Positions 35,416 through 47,712 of a stretch of 64,000 nt of DNA are shown here, one piece after another. Position numbers and translations under genes: made by a program. Numbering within the stretch: position 1 is the stretch's first letter; the number at the start of each line of letters is the position of its first letter. Origin of the DNA: Takakia lepidozioides. Taxonomy: Eukaryota; Plantae; Bryophyta. Under the pieces are notes generated by a model, which was given only the letters and a program-made list of their open reading frames with translations, was not told the DNA's origin and did no database searches. The stretch lies in assembly GCA_030704615.1 (NCBI GenBank), contig CM060732.1:16368001-16432000 (forward strand). The letters run 5' to 3'.

Positions 35416-35994
35416 ATGCCGTGCCGCCGAAATCCAGCCGACTGCCCTTATCATGGCCACGATTATGCTATGTTCAAACCAGAATCAGGAAACATCATTG
35501 TCTGGCTCTCTGTTTTCACAGACGCTGCTGGAATCAAGCAAGAGTCTTTGCGCGCAATGGAGTATCTGGAGGGCTATTACCGCTTTGAGCGAGGTGAGGG
35601 CGAGGGTCAATGCGGTCCGTGGGTCCTGAAAATTGTTGACCTCGATATACCAAGCTGGAAAGGGATGCCGGACAGATCACGCACGGCCTCGCTTTGGCGC
35701 TGGAACTGCTGCCAGTGGACCAGGGAGGACGGCACCGGGGAAAACTATATACGTGCAGATCACTCCGCTCTTCCAGTGTATGGAGACATTCGGCTGAGTT
35801 GCGAAGACGAATCGCACGGGCACATGAGGCCCACAGTGACCTTGTCAATGTATGATGGTGGTATCATTGATGGACATGACATTGTCGTCGGCTCCAGCAA
35901 GGGCAGCAGAACGACCGAATTGCAGTTTACCTCGAGGTGCCGCAGTAGTGATGAGCTTGTTTTGAGGGGTATCGAAGTTCCGTCGACTTGGTGA
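35416..35994 (+). CDS. Unknown ~192-aa protein, paralogue 2 (ORF extends back to 35293)
   Basis: Head-to-head paralogue of 34296-34859. Confidence 0.72.
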   Translation: MPCRRNPADCPYHGHDYAMFKPESGNIIVWLSVFTDAAGIKQESLRAMEYLEGYYRFERGEGEGQCGPWVLKIVDLDIPSWKGMPDRSRTASLWRWNCCQWTREDGTGENYIRADHSALPVYGDIRLSCEDESHGHMRPTVTLSMYDGGIIDGHDIVVGSSKGSRTTELQFTSRCRSSDELVLRGIEVPSTW

Positions 35995-36249
35995 AGCCCA
36001 TGTAGAAGGAGGAAGGGCTTAGTTTTGTCTGCAGTTGGTAAATGTGAGACATCGTGTCCGATCAATAAACCCATCGTACCTCACTTCTGTATGATTGTGT
36101 TTCATTCTGTTGAATAACTGTTGGAATTGGCCCACTGTTTACAATTTGATGTCTCATTTCTACAATGTGTCTGTCCGGATGAATATAGCAGAGTAACCGG
36201 TATGTGAGTCATGTGTCAAGAATATACCAGAGTAACGCCATGTCGGACA

Positions 36250-37020
36250 TTGAAATGCGGCACCGCATTTCCATGTGGGACAAGGAAATGCGGTGCCGCA
36301 TTTCCATGCCAACATGGAAATGTATGAACCGCATTTCAGTGTCGGACAATGAAATGCGGTGCATCATTTCCGTCCAGGTACACGAAATACCAACACGGGT
36401 CTATAAATTGGACAGACAACGAGGTTGGCATTGCAAATGCGGCGACGCATTTCCAGCTTGGCAATGGAAACTTCTTTTTGGACAAGGGAATGCGGTGCCG
36501 CATTTCCGTCCAACACTTCGAAAAGTGTGACATTTCCGACCAGCGCGATGGAATGCGTTACCGCATTTCCGTGAGAGGGTCTGCAAATGGACAAATTGCG
36601 ATGTCCGTTCTGGAAATGCGGCGCCGCATTTCCATGTCCGTCATCGACTTTGTTTTTACAATGGAATGCGGTGCCAATTTTTGCTGATGGGCCTGCAGTT
36701 CGAACAACGACCATCCCCAATATGGAAATGCGGCACCGCATTTTCAATTCCGCCATCTTGACCTCCTTGTTCGACCTCCTTGTTCGACCTCTGTAAGCGT
36801 GGTGGCATCCATGCAATGAGCGGGAGAGGCCAAAACTGGCGTGTGGACAAAGGAAATTTTGGAAATGCGGCACCGCATTTCCAATCGGCCGATTACTTTT
36901 TACTATGCCAACATTGAAATGGAAAATTTAGTCCCTCCCCTGTTTTGGAAATGCGGTGCCGCATTTCCAAAAGAGGTTCTTAGAGTTGCCAAAATTTTGG
37001 AAATGCGGTGCCCCATTTCT
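36250..37020. repeat. Array of ~13 palindromes GAAATGCGGYRCCGCATTTC with unique, variable-length spacers
   Basis: Copies at about 36252, 36284, 36317, 36351, 36434, 36487, 36550, 36613, 36663, 36725, 36862, 36948 and 37000. Confidence 0.92.
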
Positions 37021-37156
37021 GATTTTGGGAGCGTCGTGGTTTGGGCGATTGTGTGGCTGGAATGCACACTGGAGAGGGGTCACGAATGTCGGGCAGAATT
37101 TCCTTTATATACTCTGGAAGAGAATTTACATTTACAGAGACTTCATTAAAATTCTA

Positions 37157-40100
37157 TTAATCTTGAAAATCATCCGAATCCTCATCCTGTTGTAGACTGT
37201 CCTGCTCCGCCTCCACCCTCTCAGTGCCTTTCTCATCTCCAGCGGACTGCTCGTTGGCCAGGCTTTCGAAAATCCCATCTTCCCCTTGCAGAACTGTCCA
37301 TCTCACCTCCGTTGGGTCGTCTTCCTCCCTGTCTGCGTCGCTCTCATCCGCTGAATCACATATGTACTTTCGTACCCGTCTACCTGTCTGAGCTGCTGCC
37401 AACTCTTTCCTTATCCTTCTGTCCTCCCTAGCCCTCTCCAAAATCTGTTCTACTTTACTGGGATTCTCACTTCTTCTAATCGTTGTATTTGCGAGTTTAG
37501 CTGCATAACTAGGAAGGGAGTAGTCCCTCACCGGGCTCGTCATGAAGTCGGCCCTCGCAAAGAACGGGACATTCTTCCTGGCAGGAAGTGTAGGCCCTAC
37601 ATGTTTCGACCCGGACCCTGCAATCCTGCACATGACAATCATCAACGAGACTAATGAGAACCACAGTCGGGAAATTCGTTTGACAAAAATGACCCAGAAG
37701 GCTTTGCAAACTTACAATGTTTGCACTCACTCGTATTCCGGGTTCTCCTCCGCATCAATGTCCACTGTGTCTTCCTCCGACTCCGACGAATCCGAGGAGA
37801 CTTCCGCTCTGTCGGGAGCCTTAACATTCCGTTGCAGCCCTTCTAGATGGGATCCCCACACGGATGAATCCTCCTCGTAGGCAAAGAGGTGCCGGTCGGA
37901 AAACCGCCCAGCCCACATTGAGGCACCTGTTACAATGCCATCCACACATTACCACATGGCGCTTCAGATGTTGCGAACTACATCCTAACGAGAATTTGCA
38001 GAACAGCATAGATCAAGATTCTACATACCTGTCCCACAGATGAGGTCGAGCACTGTGCCCTCCACGTCTGTGCATGTCTCCATAATTGTCTGAATGAAGG
38101 CAGGGCTCCGAGTCCGTGAGTACCGCAGGGGTTCCGTTGAAGTGAGGCTATGAGGGAGAAGTTCCTTGGGAACGTTGTTGAATAGAACGTCGTAATCGAG
38201 GGGGTCGCAGTTCGGGTCAACCTTTCCTCCCTCCTTCCGGAAAGCAAAGGTGGAGTTCTCCTTCACAAAGCAGTATGCATCGAACTGCTTCATCTGCATA
38301 CACAGGGGGGAACGATTAGAAACCGAATGCGGCACCGCATTTGAAAACACCCAAGCAAATGAATGGACGAGTGCCAGTGTCGTAATCACCTTCTTCCCTT
38401 CCAACCGAAGGCCCAGTGTGTTGATGCACGTCCACTTCTTTTTCAGAATCGGGACGGCGCTCTTGCGGGTCCACTTCGCAATTCCTGTCTGAGTGTTTTT
38501 CCTCTGCTCGCCAGGACAACCACACAGCCTCTGTCGTCCAACACCATGCGGGCAAGCCCGAATCCTTTCTTCCAAAAGTCCTCCGAGTACCTGTTCCAAG
38601 ATGGCAAAGCTTGCAGTCCTTCCACAGGCTCTCCGTCCGGAATATCCAAGATGATCATATCGCAAGACCACTCGGTGGCATTTCCGCCCCTCCTACAATC
38701 CTTGTCTGCACACACCCTCTCAAAAAACGAGACCATATTCTGAAATCCTGGGGTGTCGGAAGGCTCTTCGGCAGTCGCCTTCTTCAGTGCTCTGCCCTTC
38801 AGACCCTCCATGGTCTTCATGTATGCCAACTTGGCTGCCCGTCCATCCAAAGCCGCCAAGAAACTCTCATTTACACACTGGACTATTGTTTCAGGAGCCA
38901 CTTTCGGCCTCTTCATTTCCACCGGCTCGAAAGGGTGCCCCCCTGGGGGGTTGAAGAATGCCTTCTTTGCCGAGCCAGTTCTCGTGCCTCTCGTGACAAC
39001 GGTGGGCACAGGGGAGGCAGCCTGCGTTTGGGGGGGTGGGTTGGTTGCAAAGTCTCCATCGGAGTCCTCTTCCTCACCCTCTTCCTGAACAGGCTGTTTC
39101 TGCTTCTTCGTTTTGGCGGGTGTCACAACAGCTGCTCCTTGCTGGCGAGTCCTCTTCTTCGACCCCTTCTGTTGGGCCTGCACAGCTGCATCCACCGTCT
39201 TTTGTGCCATCTCAGCTGCCTTTCTGGATTCTTCCAGAGCAGCAGATTCCTTTGCCGACTTTGGCCCAGCAGGGACACGTCTTTCCTTTCTCTTCTCTTC
39301 TGCCAAGGCGTGCAGATCTTTCTCAGACTCGTCAACAATACCGCCAGACATATCCAGGTACCACGGGCATCCAACGAGATGCGCGGGATGCCATTGTTTC
39401 TGCATCTCGGGTGTGTAGACACAGCTTGGGCCCGCCACGGTCCAAGCCATGAAGAACGGGGGCTCTTGAGCCAGGGCCCCTGTCTGAAGGAGCACGTATT
39501 TCATATACCTGCAAGGCAGTCAGCATGCGTGAGCATAAGATTGGACGAACCTACTCGCAGAGTGCCACCGAAAACATAAAATGCGAATGCGGTGCCGCAT
39601 TTCCGAGACAAACCTCGTAACCAGGCTTCGCATACAAGGGCAACTGTGCTTCACCTGTAAACAATTCGCATTGCAGCTTTCCCCGCTCCCTCCTGATGTG
39701 TAAACTCCACGCTCCTTCTTGCTGTCTGTAGCTCTCTAGCGAAAAGGTTGTCCTTGTACGCACATCTGAAACGTGTCACGTAGTCTTCCAATGTCTGTGT
39801 TCCATCCCATTTGACGTACAAGCCGAACGAATTTGTGTGCATTATGACTTGCTCCTTCGCATTCGACATTACCTGTGATTCCCAAATGCATTGTCACGTA
39901 GCAGTTCAGGGAATTCATTTCAGAAAAGCAAATCTGGGGAAGTACCTTGAATTACCTGGAACCACCAAGTCATGCGGTTGAGCCACACATCCACTGCAGG
40001 GTCGGAAACTTTGAGTGGAAAAGACCACATTGTCCTTATGCTCTCGGATGCATTCCAGATCGACAGCCACCGTGTCTGCCATTTCCGATCCAATGTCAGG

Positions 40101-42279
40101 AGCTGGAAGAGAGTGGCTATTGCTAGGAAGGAACTTCAGTGCATTGAAACCTCACCTTCTCTTTCGCCTCCACACATGCCGTTGAGAGGTGATGCAGTTT
40201 CTCCAATTGCATGGTCGGCTGCATGGCCCAAGAATAGTGTTTTGCAATCTCGGGGATGAAGTCCTTTCCAAGTGCCGGATCTGCAATTGCCACCAGCTTC
40301 ACAAGTTTTGACTTGTATTTGGTTCTGGACTTGACACCGGCTTCCTTCAAGTGCTCAGTCAATGACTGCAACGTTTTCACCTGCCCCTCACTTTCCATGA
40401 AGAAGCGTTTGGCATGGGCCAAATCCAGCTTGATGTTTGACTACCAACAAAAACATGCAGAAGCGTTACATTCGATTCATGTGGAAAGATTACTGGAAAT
40501 TGGGGAAGGATGAGCAGAGGGAAATGGGAGGACGACTTACTTCGTATATCACCTCCACCATCCCATCCATAGTGAGACGATACCATGTCCGGTCTGTTTT
40601 TGCAACGGCTTTCTGAATGAGCTCGGGCTCCAGCATTTCTGCAAACATCTGCGGATCAGTGAGACCAGTTTTCCTCACCCTGTACAGCATATGTGCCATG
40701 TGGGTATGCACGTACGCATTCTCAGTGACCCTGCAAGGCACACTCTCCAGTTCAGTACACGAAAGCACGGAAACAAACCAGAATGGAAACCGAAATGCGG
40801 CACCGCATTTCGAACGTGCTAGGGAGGGTATGAGTATCTTACGAGTTGAGGTCCGCCATGGCATTCTTGAGCAGGGAGGAGTCTGCCGCCTTCACCTTCA
40901 GGATGACACACTCCACCATGTAATGCCAGCTAATGTGCTTGGCATGGTTCTGCTTGATGTACTCCCACCAGGCAAGAAGTCGGTGATTCTCGTCCCACAC
41001 AAAGAACATTTTACCCGACATATGGCCGAAGTCTGGATCACCCTTCAGCGTCGCCTCGAATTCGTCGTTGCGAGTGTGCCAGTGGGTATCCCACGTTGAC
41101 AATTCATCGGCAGTGGGTCCACGAGTTTCGCCGTCCTCATTCTCAATGGAAACGTAAAACGCTGCCGATCCCAGACGGTACCCTTCTCGAAATGCGAACT
41201 TCAGCTTATCCACATCTCCGGGAAGGGCCTGCCTGACGATGGGAAGGGAGACCATGCGACAGAGTGGGATTCGAAGAGTCCGCTGGAATACCCTGCTGCC
41301 CAGAACTCTGCCAATGCTACTGTGTGTCTCCTCCAACATTTTATCCGCTGCACTTTTGAAATCCTCCGGAGACATGTCTGTAGGTGCCGGTAGTGGCTGA
41401 GCAGCTGGAGCATCCTCAACTGGAGCTGCACTTTGGGGCCTGTGTGCGGGCAATTCTGCCATTGCAGAGGCCTCCTCCGGGCCTACTTGCTCATCGGTGG
41501 TGAGGTCTGGCTGCGAACGTTCAGCGGCAGCACCCTCCTCCGGTACCAAATCGACAAAAACGGTCGATCCCATTGCCTTCGCTGCAGCAGAGACGGCCCC
41601 AACATCTGCAGGCGGGAAATCCTCCAGGAACTGAGCTTCAGCTCGTGGAAGCGGTTTTGCGGGAGATTGTTCGGCCGTCGCCCTGATTGCCTTCTGCTTC
41701 CTCATTCTTGCAGGTGAAGGTGTCTGCTGCAATTGAATCTGTCTTTTACCCTGCTGCTTCATTCGCGTTGGGGGGGGTGAATCGGCCTGAGCCGGTTCAG
41801 AAGCCAGTAGAGGGACGGGCTGCTTCTTCTTCGACTTTGCTGGAGAAGGGCCCGACCCCTGCTGGCGATTCTCCATGACCAAAGAACGCGAGTCGATCTC
41901 TGGGGCTTTGAACTTGCCCTTCAAAGCCGCGTCTTTGAATCGCACAGGGCTAGGCCCGGCAGGAATACCCGCGCTCGGGGATCGGGTGGGTGTACGTGCT
42001 GCAGCTAGCTCCTCGGACTCTTCCTGCGGCTCTTCGGATTCCTGCGATCCCTCCAGCACATCCACCTTTCCTGTTAGGCATGCAAACATGTTCTGCATTC
42101 AAGTCTCCTAGCATTCAGTCTAAGAATTACAGAAGCAAAATGGGGGGTTCGGTGCTCGATCAGCTGCGCGCAGCCCGATCGCATGGAGCTCTCACTGGTG
42201 GCTGGGTTGCCTGAGTGGCCTGCTGCTCGGAGATGGCAATCTCCTCCTGTAGACGCATCTGCTTCCTCCCCTTCGGCAT
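37157..42279 (-). CDS. Multi-exon gene: ParB/Srx-like domain plus beta-class N6-A/N4-C methyltransferase-like domain (one frameshift at ~38497; start tentative)
   Basis: ParB-like IPLCRM..VRQAL..DVDKLK..F..GY...FFVWDENHRL; motif IV-like CDMIILDIPDG; motif X/I RTRSPAFIQTIMETCTDVEGTVLDLICGTG|ASMWAGRFSDRHLFAYEED; GT-AG introns join the exons in frame. Confidence 0.75.
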
Positions 42280-42939
42280 TGGCCTACGTCCAAAGTATAA
42301 TTTCCGGAGCTTGCGACGAGGTCTCCTGTCTGGTGCACGAACTCCCCCCCTCTCAGGTTCGAGCATAAGAAGAACAGAGAGAGGGAAAAGGGGCAAAGAG
42401 TGCAGATGGAAAGGGCGCGAGAGGGGTGACTGAGGAGACACGACAAAAGTAGATGAAACGGCGGTGATGCACCACTTGGGTTCGAAAGGGTTGGACGAAA
42501 GTGTCTCCTCGTGGAGTTTGCTCATTACGAAATTCGAATCGTTCAGGGTACGCCTGCCGTCCGAAAAACAAACATCATTATCCAACGGTCAGGCCGCGCC
42601 GCCTCATGCCCCTTCAGTCAGATAGAGTGCCGACATGTGCAGCAATTCCGTTGCTCCACGTGTTCACATTTCAAGGCATTTCCGTCCCAGCGTCTGATGA
42701 GTTGGAGTGAAAATGCGAATGCGGCGCCGCATTTCCGTTAAGTACCAAGCGAATTACAAATCACTAGTGGGTGACAATGGGTGCACATGTCTACTCCAAC
42801 ACCACAATAGATCCACCAACGAGCTAACTTGTAGAATTCAACATGAAAATTTAGGGACGACTCTGATAGCAGGGGAAAACAAGGTGAAATATGTTGAAGA
42901 AGGTACCTTCATTAGCAGTGGGCCTCGTTCTATCAAGCC

Positions 42940-43190
42940 TGGGACCTCTGGAAAAGGGGAAAGAGGTCCATGGTGACATCATCAAAGCTAGAATTGTACC
43001 AGATGTCATCCTGAACACTCCCCTGGTCGACGTCTATGCCAAATGTGGGTGCATTAAGGATGCAAAGGGAGTTTTCAACACTATGGCTGAACCAAATGTG
43101 GTGTCATGGAACGCGATGCTTGCAGGGTATGCACTACAGGGACATGGTATGCAGGCTTTGGAGAATGATCAAATGATGGGGGAAGGGGGG
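42940..43190 (+). pseudogene. PLS-PPR fragment, plus strand
   Basis: LEKGKEVHGDIIKARIVPDVILNTPLVDVYAKCGCIKDAKGVFNTMAEPNVVSWNAMLAGYA. Confidence 0.9.
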
Positions 43191-43251
43191 GCACCTTCTT
43201 CAATAGCACAACGGCTACAAGTGGGTAGATGGTCAACTGGAAACAACAATG

Positions 43252-45579
43252 TCAGCAGCACAACGCATTGCAAACATGCGGAAGCGTGATGTGGTTGGGC
43301 TTCACCCCTTTGCGCAACATTTGCTCATAGGTCGCCAAAGCATTCCTACCACACCCATGTTTGGTAAATCCTGCCAACATTATATTCCACATGATCAAAG
43401 ATCGCTGAGGCATTCTGTAGAAATCTTGGCAAGCATCCATGATGCTCCCGCACTTAACATACATGTTGACAAGGGTGTTGAGTAGAAAAAACATTTGGCA
43501 TGAATCCACTTTGGATAATGTGAGTGTGCACCTGATTCCAGCTTCCAGACCTAGAGCCTTTGTCAGTCTGCCTGCCTCACAAAGCATCTTCACATGCCCC
43601 GCAGAAAAGGCATTGTGCCCTCTCTTGATCCTCTTTCAGAAGCTATGGTCATGGTTAAGGACGTGCCTGATTTTATCAACTGTGCCGCTGCAGCTATTGC
43701 CTTTAGCTGACCATGTACCCATTTAGGTTTCTTGTAGCTATTGATCCACATGGAATCACAGGTAATCTAGAGCTTGAAGTCCGGCCCTCTTGGATGAATC
43801 TGGACCCACACTCTATCCCTTCTCCTTCAGCTATCCATGCCTCTGCACAAATCATGCATTCATCTTTGCCCTTGCTGCTAGCAGCTGACAATGACAACCT
43901 AGGAAACACCCAATCACACTAGTTCCTATGCTGAATTACGTCTGCTACTCTCTGTCATCTAATAGGCATTCAACTTTTTGCCTCGGTTGTTCCACCATTC
44001 ACTGGGGTCAACAAAGTATTCATTCCACACCTACTCCTCATCTCTGTTATCTGTTTTGGATACTTTCCTGCTGCCACATCGGCAGTTACTTGTCATAGTC
44101 ATTCCAAACCCACAGATCCACCCAAAACTTACAGAATTCAATGTACATCTCAGGGCCGAGTCTGATGAGAGGGCAAAACAGGCTGAAATAGGTCGAAGAA
44201 GAAGGTGCCCTCACCACATTGTCCTTGACGATTCAATATGTAAATTCAGGGCCGAGTCTGATGAGAGGGAAAAACAGGCTGAAATAGGTCGAAGAAGAAG
44301 GTGCCCTCACCACATTCTCCAAGGCCTCCATACCACGCCCTTGTTGTGCACACCCTGCAAGCATCGTGTTCCATGTGATGAAATATCGTTGAGGCATTTC
44401 TGTTGAACACTTGGTGAGCATCCATGATGCTCCCGCACATAACATATATGTTGACAAGGGTGTTGAGTAGAAAAATATTTGGCGTGCACTTTGGATAATG
44501 TGAGTGTGCACCTGCTTTCTAGCTTCACTTGGCCTTTCATCTTGATGCACTTATGCAAGAGACAGACATACGTATCTGAATCTGCTGAAATGCCTCCTTG
44601 GTTTAAAGTCAGTAGAGCCTCTTTCAGTCTGCCTGCCAAAGCATCTTCACATGCCTAAGTGCCAGAAGAGGCATTGTGGACTCCCTCTCTTGATCCTCTT
44701 CCAGAAGTTGTGGTGATGGTTGAGGTGCCTGACTTTATCAACTGTGCCGCTGCAGCTGCTGCCTTTGGCGATGCAACCATGCACCTCTTTGCATCTGGTA
44801 ATCTGACAGGCATTCACCTCGGTACAATTCCAGCTCTGAAGATGTCACCATGTGGACCTCTTTCCCCTTTTCCAAAGCTGCCAGGGCAGTGTTCAGATTG
44901 ACATTTGGCACAATTCCAGCTTTGATGATTTCCCCATGCACCTCTTTGCCCTTCTCCAGGTCGGATGCTAGGCTTGCACAAGCATTGCAAATGCACACAA
45001 ACATGATGTGCTTCCATTGCTCATAGGTCTCCAAAGCCTCCATTCCACATCCCTGTTGTGCATACCCTGCAAGCACATCATATCGCACTCCACGACACCA
45101 CATGTCGTTCAGCCATAGTGTCGAACACTCCCTTTGAATCCTAGATGCACCCACATTTTGCAAACATGTTCACCAGGGTATTGTTCAGAATGTCATCTGG
45201 TACAATTCCAGCTCTGAAGATGTCGCCATGCACATCTTTCCCCATTTCCAAAGCTGCAAGGGCAGTGTTCAGATTGACATTTGGCACAATTCCAGCTTTG
45301 ATGATATCCTCATGCATCTCTTGCCCTTCTCCAGGGCTGCCAGGCTTGCACGCACATTGCAAATGCACACCACATCTCGTTCAGCCATAGTGTCGAACAC
45401 TCCCTTTGCATCCTAAATGCACCCACATTTTGCAAACATGTTCACCAGGGTTTTGTTCAGAATGACATCTGGTACAATTCCAACTCTGAAGATGCCACCA
45501 TGGACCTCTTTCCCCTTTTCCAAAGCTGCCAGGGCAGTGTTTAGATTGACATTTGGCACAATTCCAGCTTTGATGATAT
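43252..45579 (-). pseudogene. PLS-PPR fragments, including gene N-terminal part, interspersed with CACTA internal repeats
   Basis: AGRLKEALLTLNQGGISADSDTYVCLLHKC; NTLVNMYVKCGSIMDA; repeated KGKEVHGDI. Confidence 0.85.
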
Positions 45580-47712
45580 TGTAGTGTGAAAAGAAGGGGG
45601 CATATATCCCCTTCTGTCTAATCCTAATCTAGTTCTTAGTGCAAGGTCTTGTTGTTATCCTGGTTCTCCCACACAGGTTGGCTACATCCATGTTGTTTAT
45701 GATCAGAGTTCATGAAGCCCTCATCCACGCCGCAGCGGAAGAGAAGACATGGATGGGACAAGTGAAGGTGTTTCCTGCATAGTGCAACAGGCCTGACTAG
45801 GGTTCTGTCTTGCACCAGCTTAGTTTTCATGCTGATATAGTCACTCAAACAGCTTACCAGTGGGTTAATGACAGCCTATGAGTTCACCATTTGCATGTAG
45901 CATCTACATTGAACCCCCTTTGTTGTCATGCAATCACCGAAAGTGCAAGGCAACATGTATCTACCATACAATGCAGGTCTGATATTTCTATCCAACTCAT
46001 GGTCTTTCCTTTATCTCTCAACTGACCCTCCTCTCATCATTCTTTTGCTGAGCGGATCTCTCTTCTTCCCAATGTTTTATCTCCCTTTTCTGATGCAAGT
46101 GCCCATATTGGACCAGACAGCCCTTCTATCACCATTCCCAATTGACATGCATCATCTCTTATCCTCTCTACACCATTCTGGTTTGAAGACCAGACCACCA
46201 CTCCATTTCATTTTCAAAAACCCTTTTTCCTCTATCACATGTCTCTATCCTTTTCCCTTCTATCAAGAGCAAGTCCTAAATCTGCCCAAAACGATTTCTA
46301 AGTCACACCCAAAAAGGAAGCATCCTATGTTTGAGAGCTGACTTCCCAACTTCTTGCAGCACTCCACACAACTTCCACCCTACCTCACTTTCTCTCTACC
46401 TCCAGGACTGGTATGAATTCCAGAAGTCACCATTCCATTTGCCAAAATCTTTTTCTATCTCCCTCATCTCTATTGAGAGTCTCTCTAGCAAAATTCCATA
46501 GCAACTATCCCTAAGTCAGAGAGGGGCCTTGTATCTATCAACTTAGCTCTCTTATACTCCAGCTGAAGCGGTGGGATCGCCTGCCTGAAATGGCACCTCA
46601 CCATCTCTGTCAGCAGCTCCCCTAACTCCTTTTGTCGTTTGAATGCCACGTTGTAAAAACAAAGATCTATGCATGTCAGATCCTGTCATTGCTATGCCAC
46701 TCCACCTTCAGATATTTCGTCGATTCAAGCGTTCCGTGAGTCTTGACAGCTCTGTTTCAACCTATGGCAGTAACCTTGTTGCTTGCCAACTAACTACCCT
46801 ATCCTACCATCTCTGCTAATCTACCCTAAGATCTGATGTGATAACAAGAAGACAGTCATTATCTGAAAGCTTCATGCTCTACATATTTCACTCTTTGCTT
46901 CTTTATTTACAGATAACCTGTATCACTGTCCACAAGCCAATGCCCTCATTCTGGCGATTGCACCATTTCACAAGTGGTCAAGTCAGTAATCCCATCTCTG
47001 CCCTTGATCTGGCAGCAATTGCTTCTCCACAAGTGCAGCTTTCTATAATTGCACATGAATGCAATGGCGGCGGTATCAGTTTGCACACCCTACCTCTGGC
47101 AGATGCCCGTCATGATGGAGCTGCTCCATCATCTTAACTAGCCTTTGATCAAGTCTGCAACCCCACCTTCCTATTCCCTGGCAGCAGGTTGTTTCCCTTG
47201 CAGGTTCATCCTCCTTGTCATCGTGGTTATGAGAGTAACGACGGCACTGCTGCCCCTCCACCGAGCTGCTTTCCCCGCAACTCCTACACCTTCAGCGGTC
47301 AAATCACAGGAAGCACCGCCTCTATGCCTTCATTACTTCTGTCAGTAGTACATGATATTACTTCCCTTGCCCTTGATGAATCGTCCTGCACCGCCTCCCT
47401 TCTCCTGGCTTGAGCAAAATTACCTAGCTGTTCCCTGCACGATTACCCTCCAGCAAGCCCTAAGCTTCCTCGACCCGCGTTTCTACGGTAATCACCAGCG
47501 ATGAAAGCCATTCATCCTATGGATGAAAAGGCGTATTTCATGACTTAGCCACATTTTGTCCTGGCAGAGCAATAGCATAGTGTGCCCATGGAATTACCTG
47601 TAGGCATGGATAGTTCCCTCCCGTTATTAGTACCCGGGCACTCCCTTTGTAGTAATGCCGGATCCTGATGCCAAGCAAAATTTCCATGTTACTCCCCTGC
47701 ATTCACACTACA
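45580..47712 (-). mobile_element. Solo LTR related to element B, 4-bp TSD ATAT, inserted in the PPR array
   Basis: TGTAGTGTGAA...TTCACACTACA termini; ATAT at 45576-45579 and 47713-47716; blocks shared with B's LTR (CTCATCCACGCCGCAGCGGAAGAGAAGACATGGATGGG; last ~210 bp). Confidence 0.92.

Larger units (their letters stand above)
33833..42760 (-). mobile_element. Family E copy 1: unclassified DNA element with ParB-MTase gene, paired unknown genes and palindrome array
   Basis: End motif GGGGGCTGCTATTTCATGAGC plus CATGAGC repeats, shared with 49078 and 58800; one palindrome family dispersed from 35115 to 42735. The right end is replaced by Pack-CACTA sequence. Confidence 0.65.

Noticed and set aside
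36250-37020. CRISPR array (palindromic repeats with unique spacers)
   Set aside because: Spacer lengths are highly irregular, the repeat is only 20 bp, copies also occur singly in introns, there are no cas genes, and the context is eukaryotic.
36204-37195. ORFs with repeated EMRHRIS / KCGAAF peptides
   Set aside because: Translations of the DNA palindrome in several frames and on both strands.
38611-39579. 322-aa plus-strand ORF (and 57993-58967 minus-strand ORF)
   Set aside because: The first is the antisense shadow of the MTase exon. The second reads across TE junctions and repeats.
37157-42279. Bacterial/phage contamination as the source of the ParB-MTase
   Set aside because: It has spliceosomal introns conserved between copies, and it is interleaved with plant LTR, CACTA and PPR sequences.
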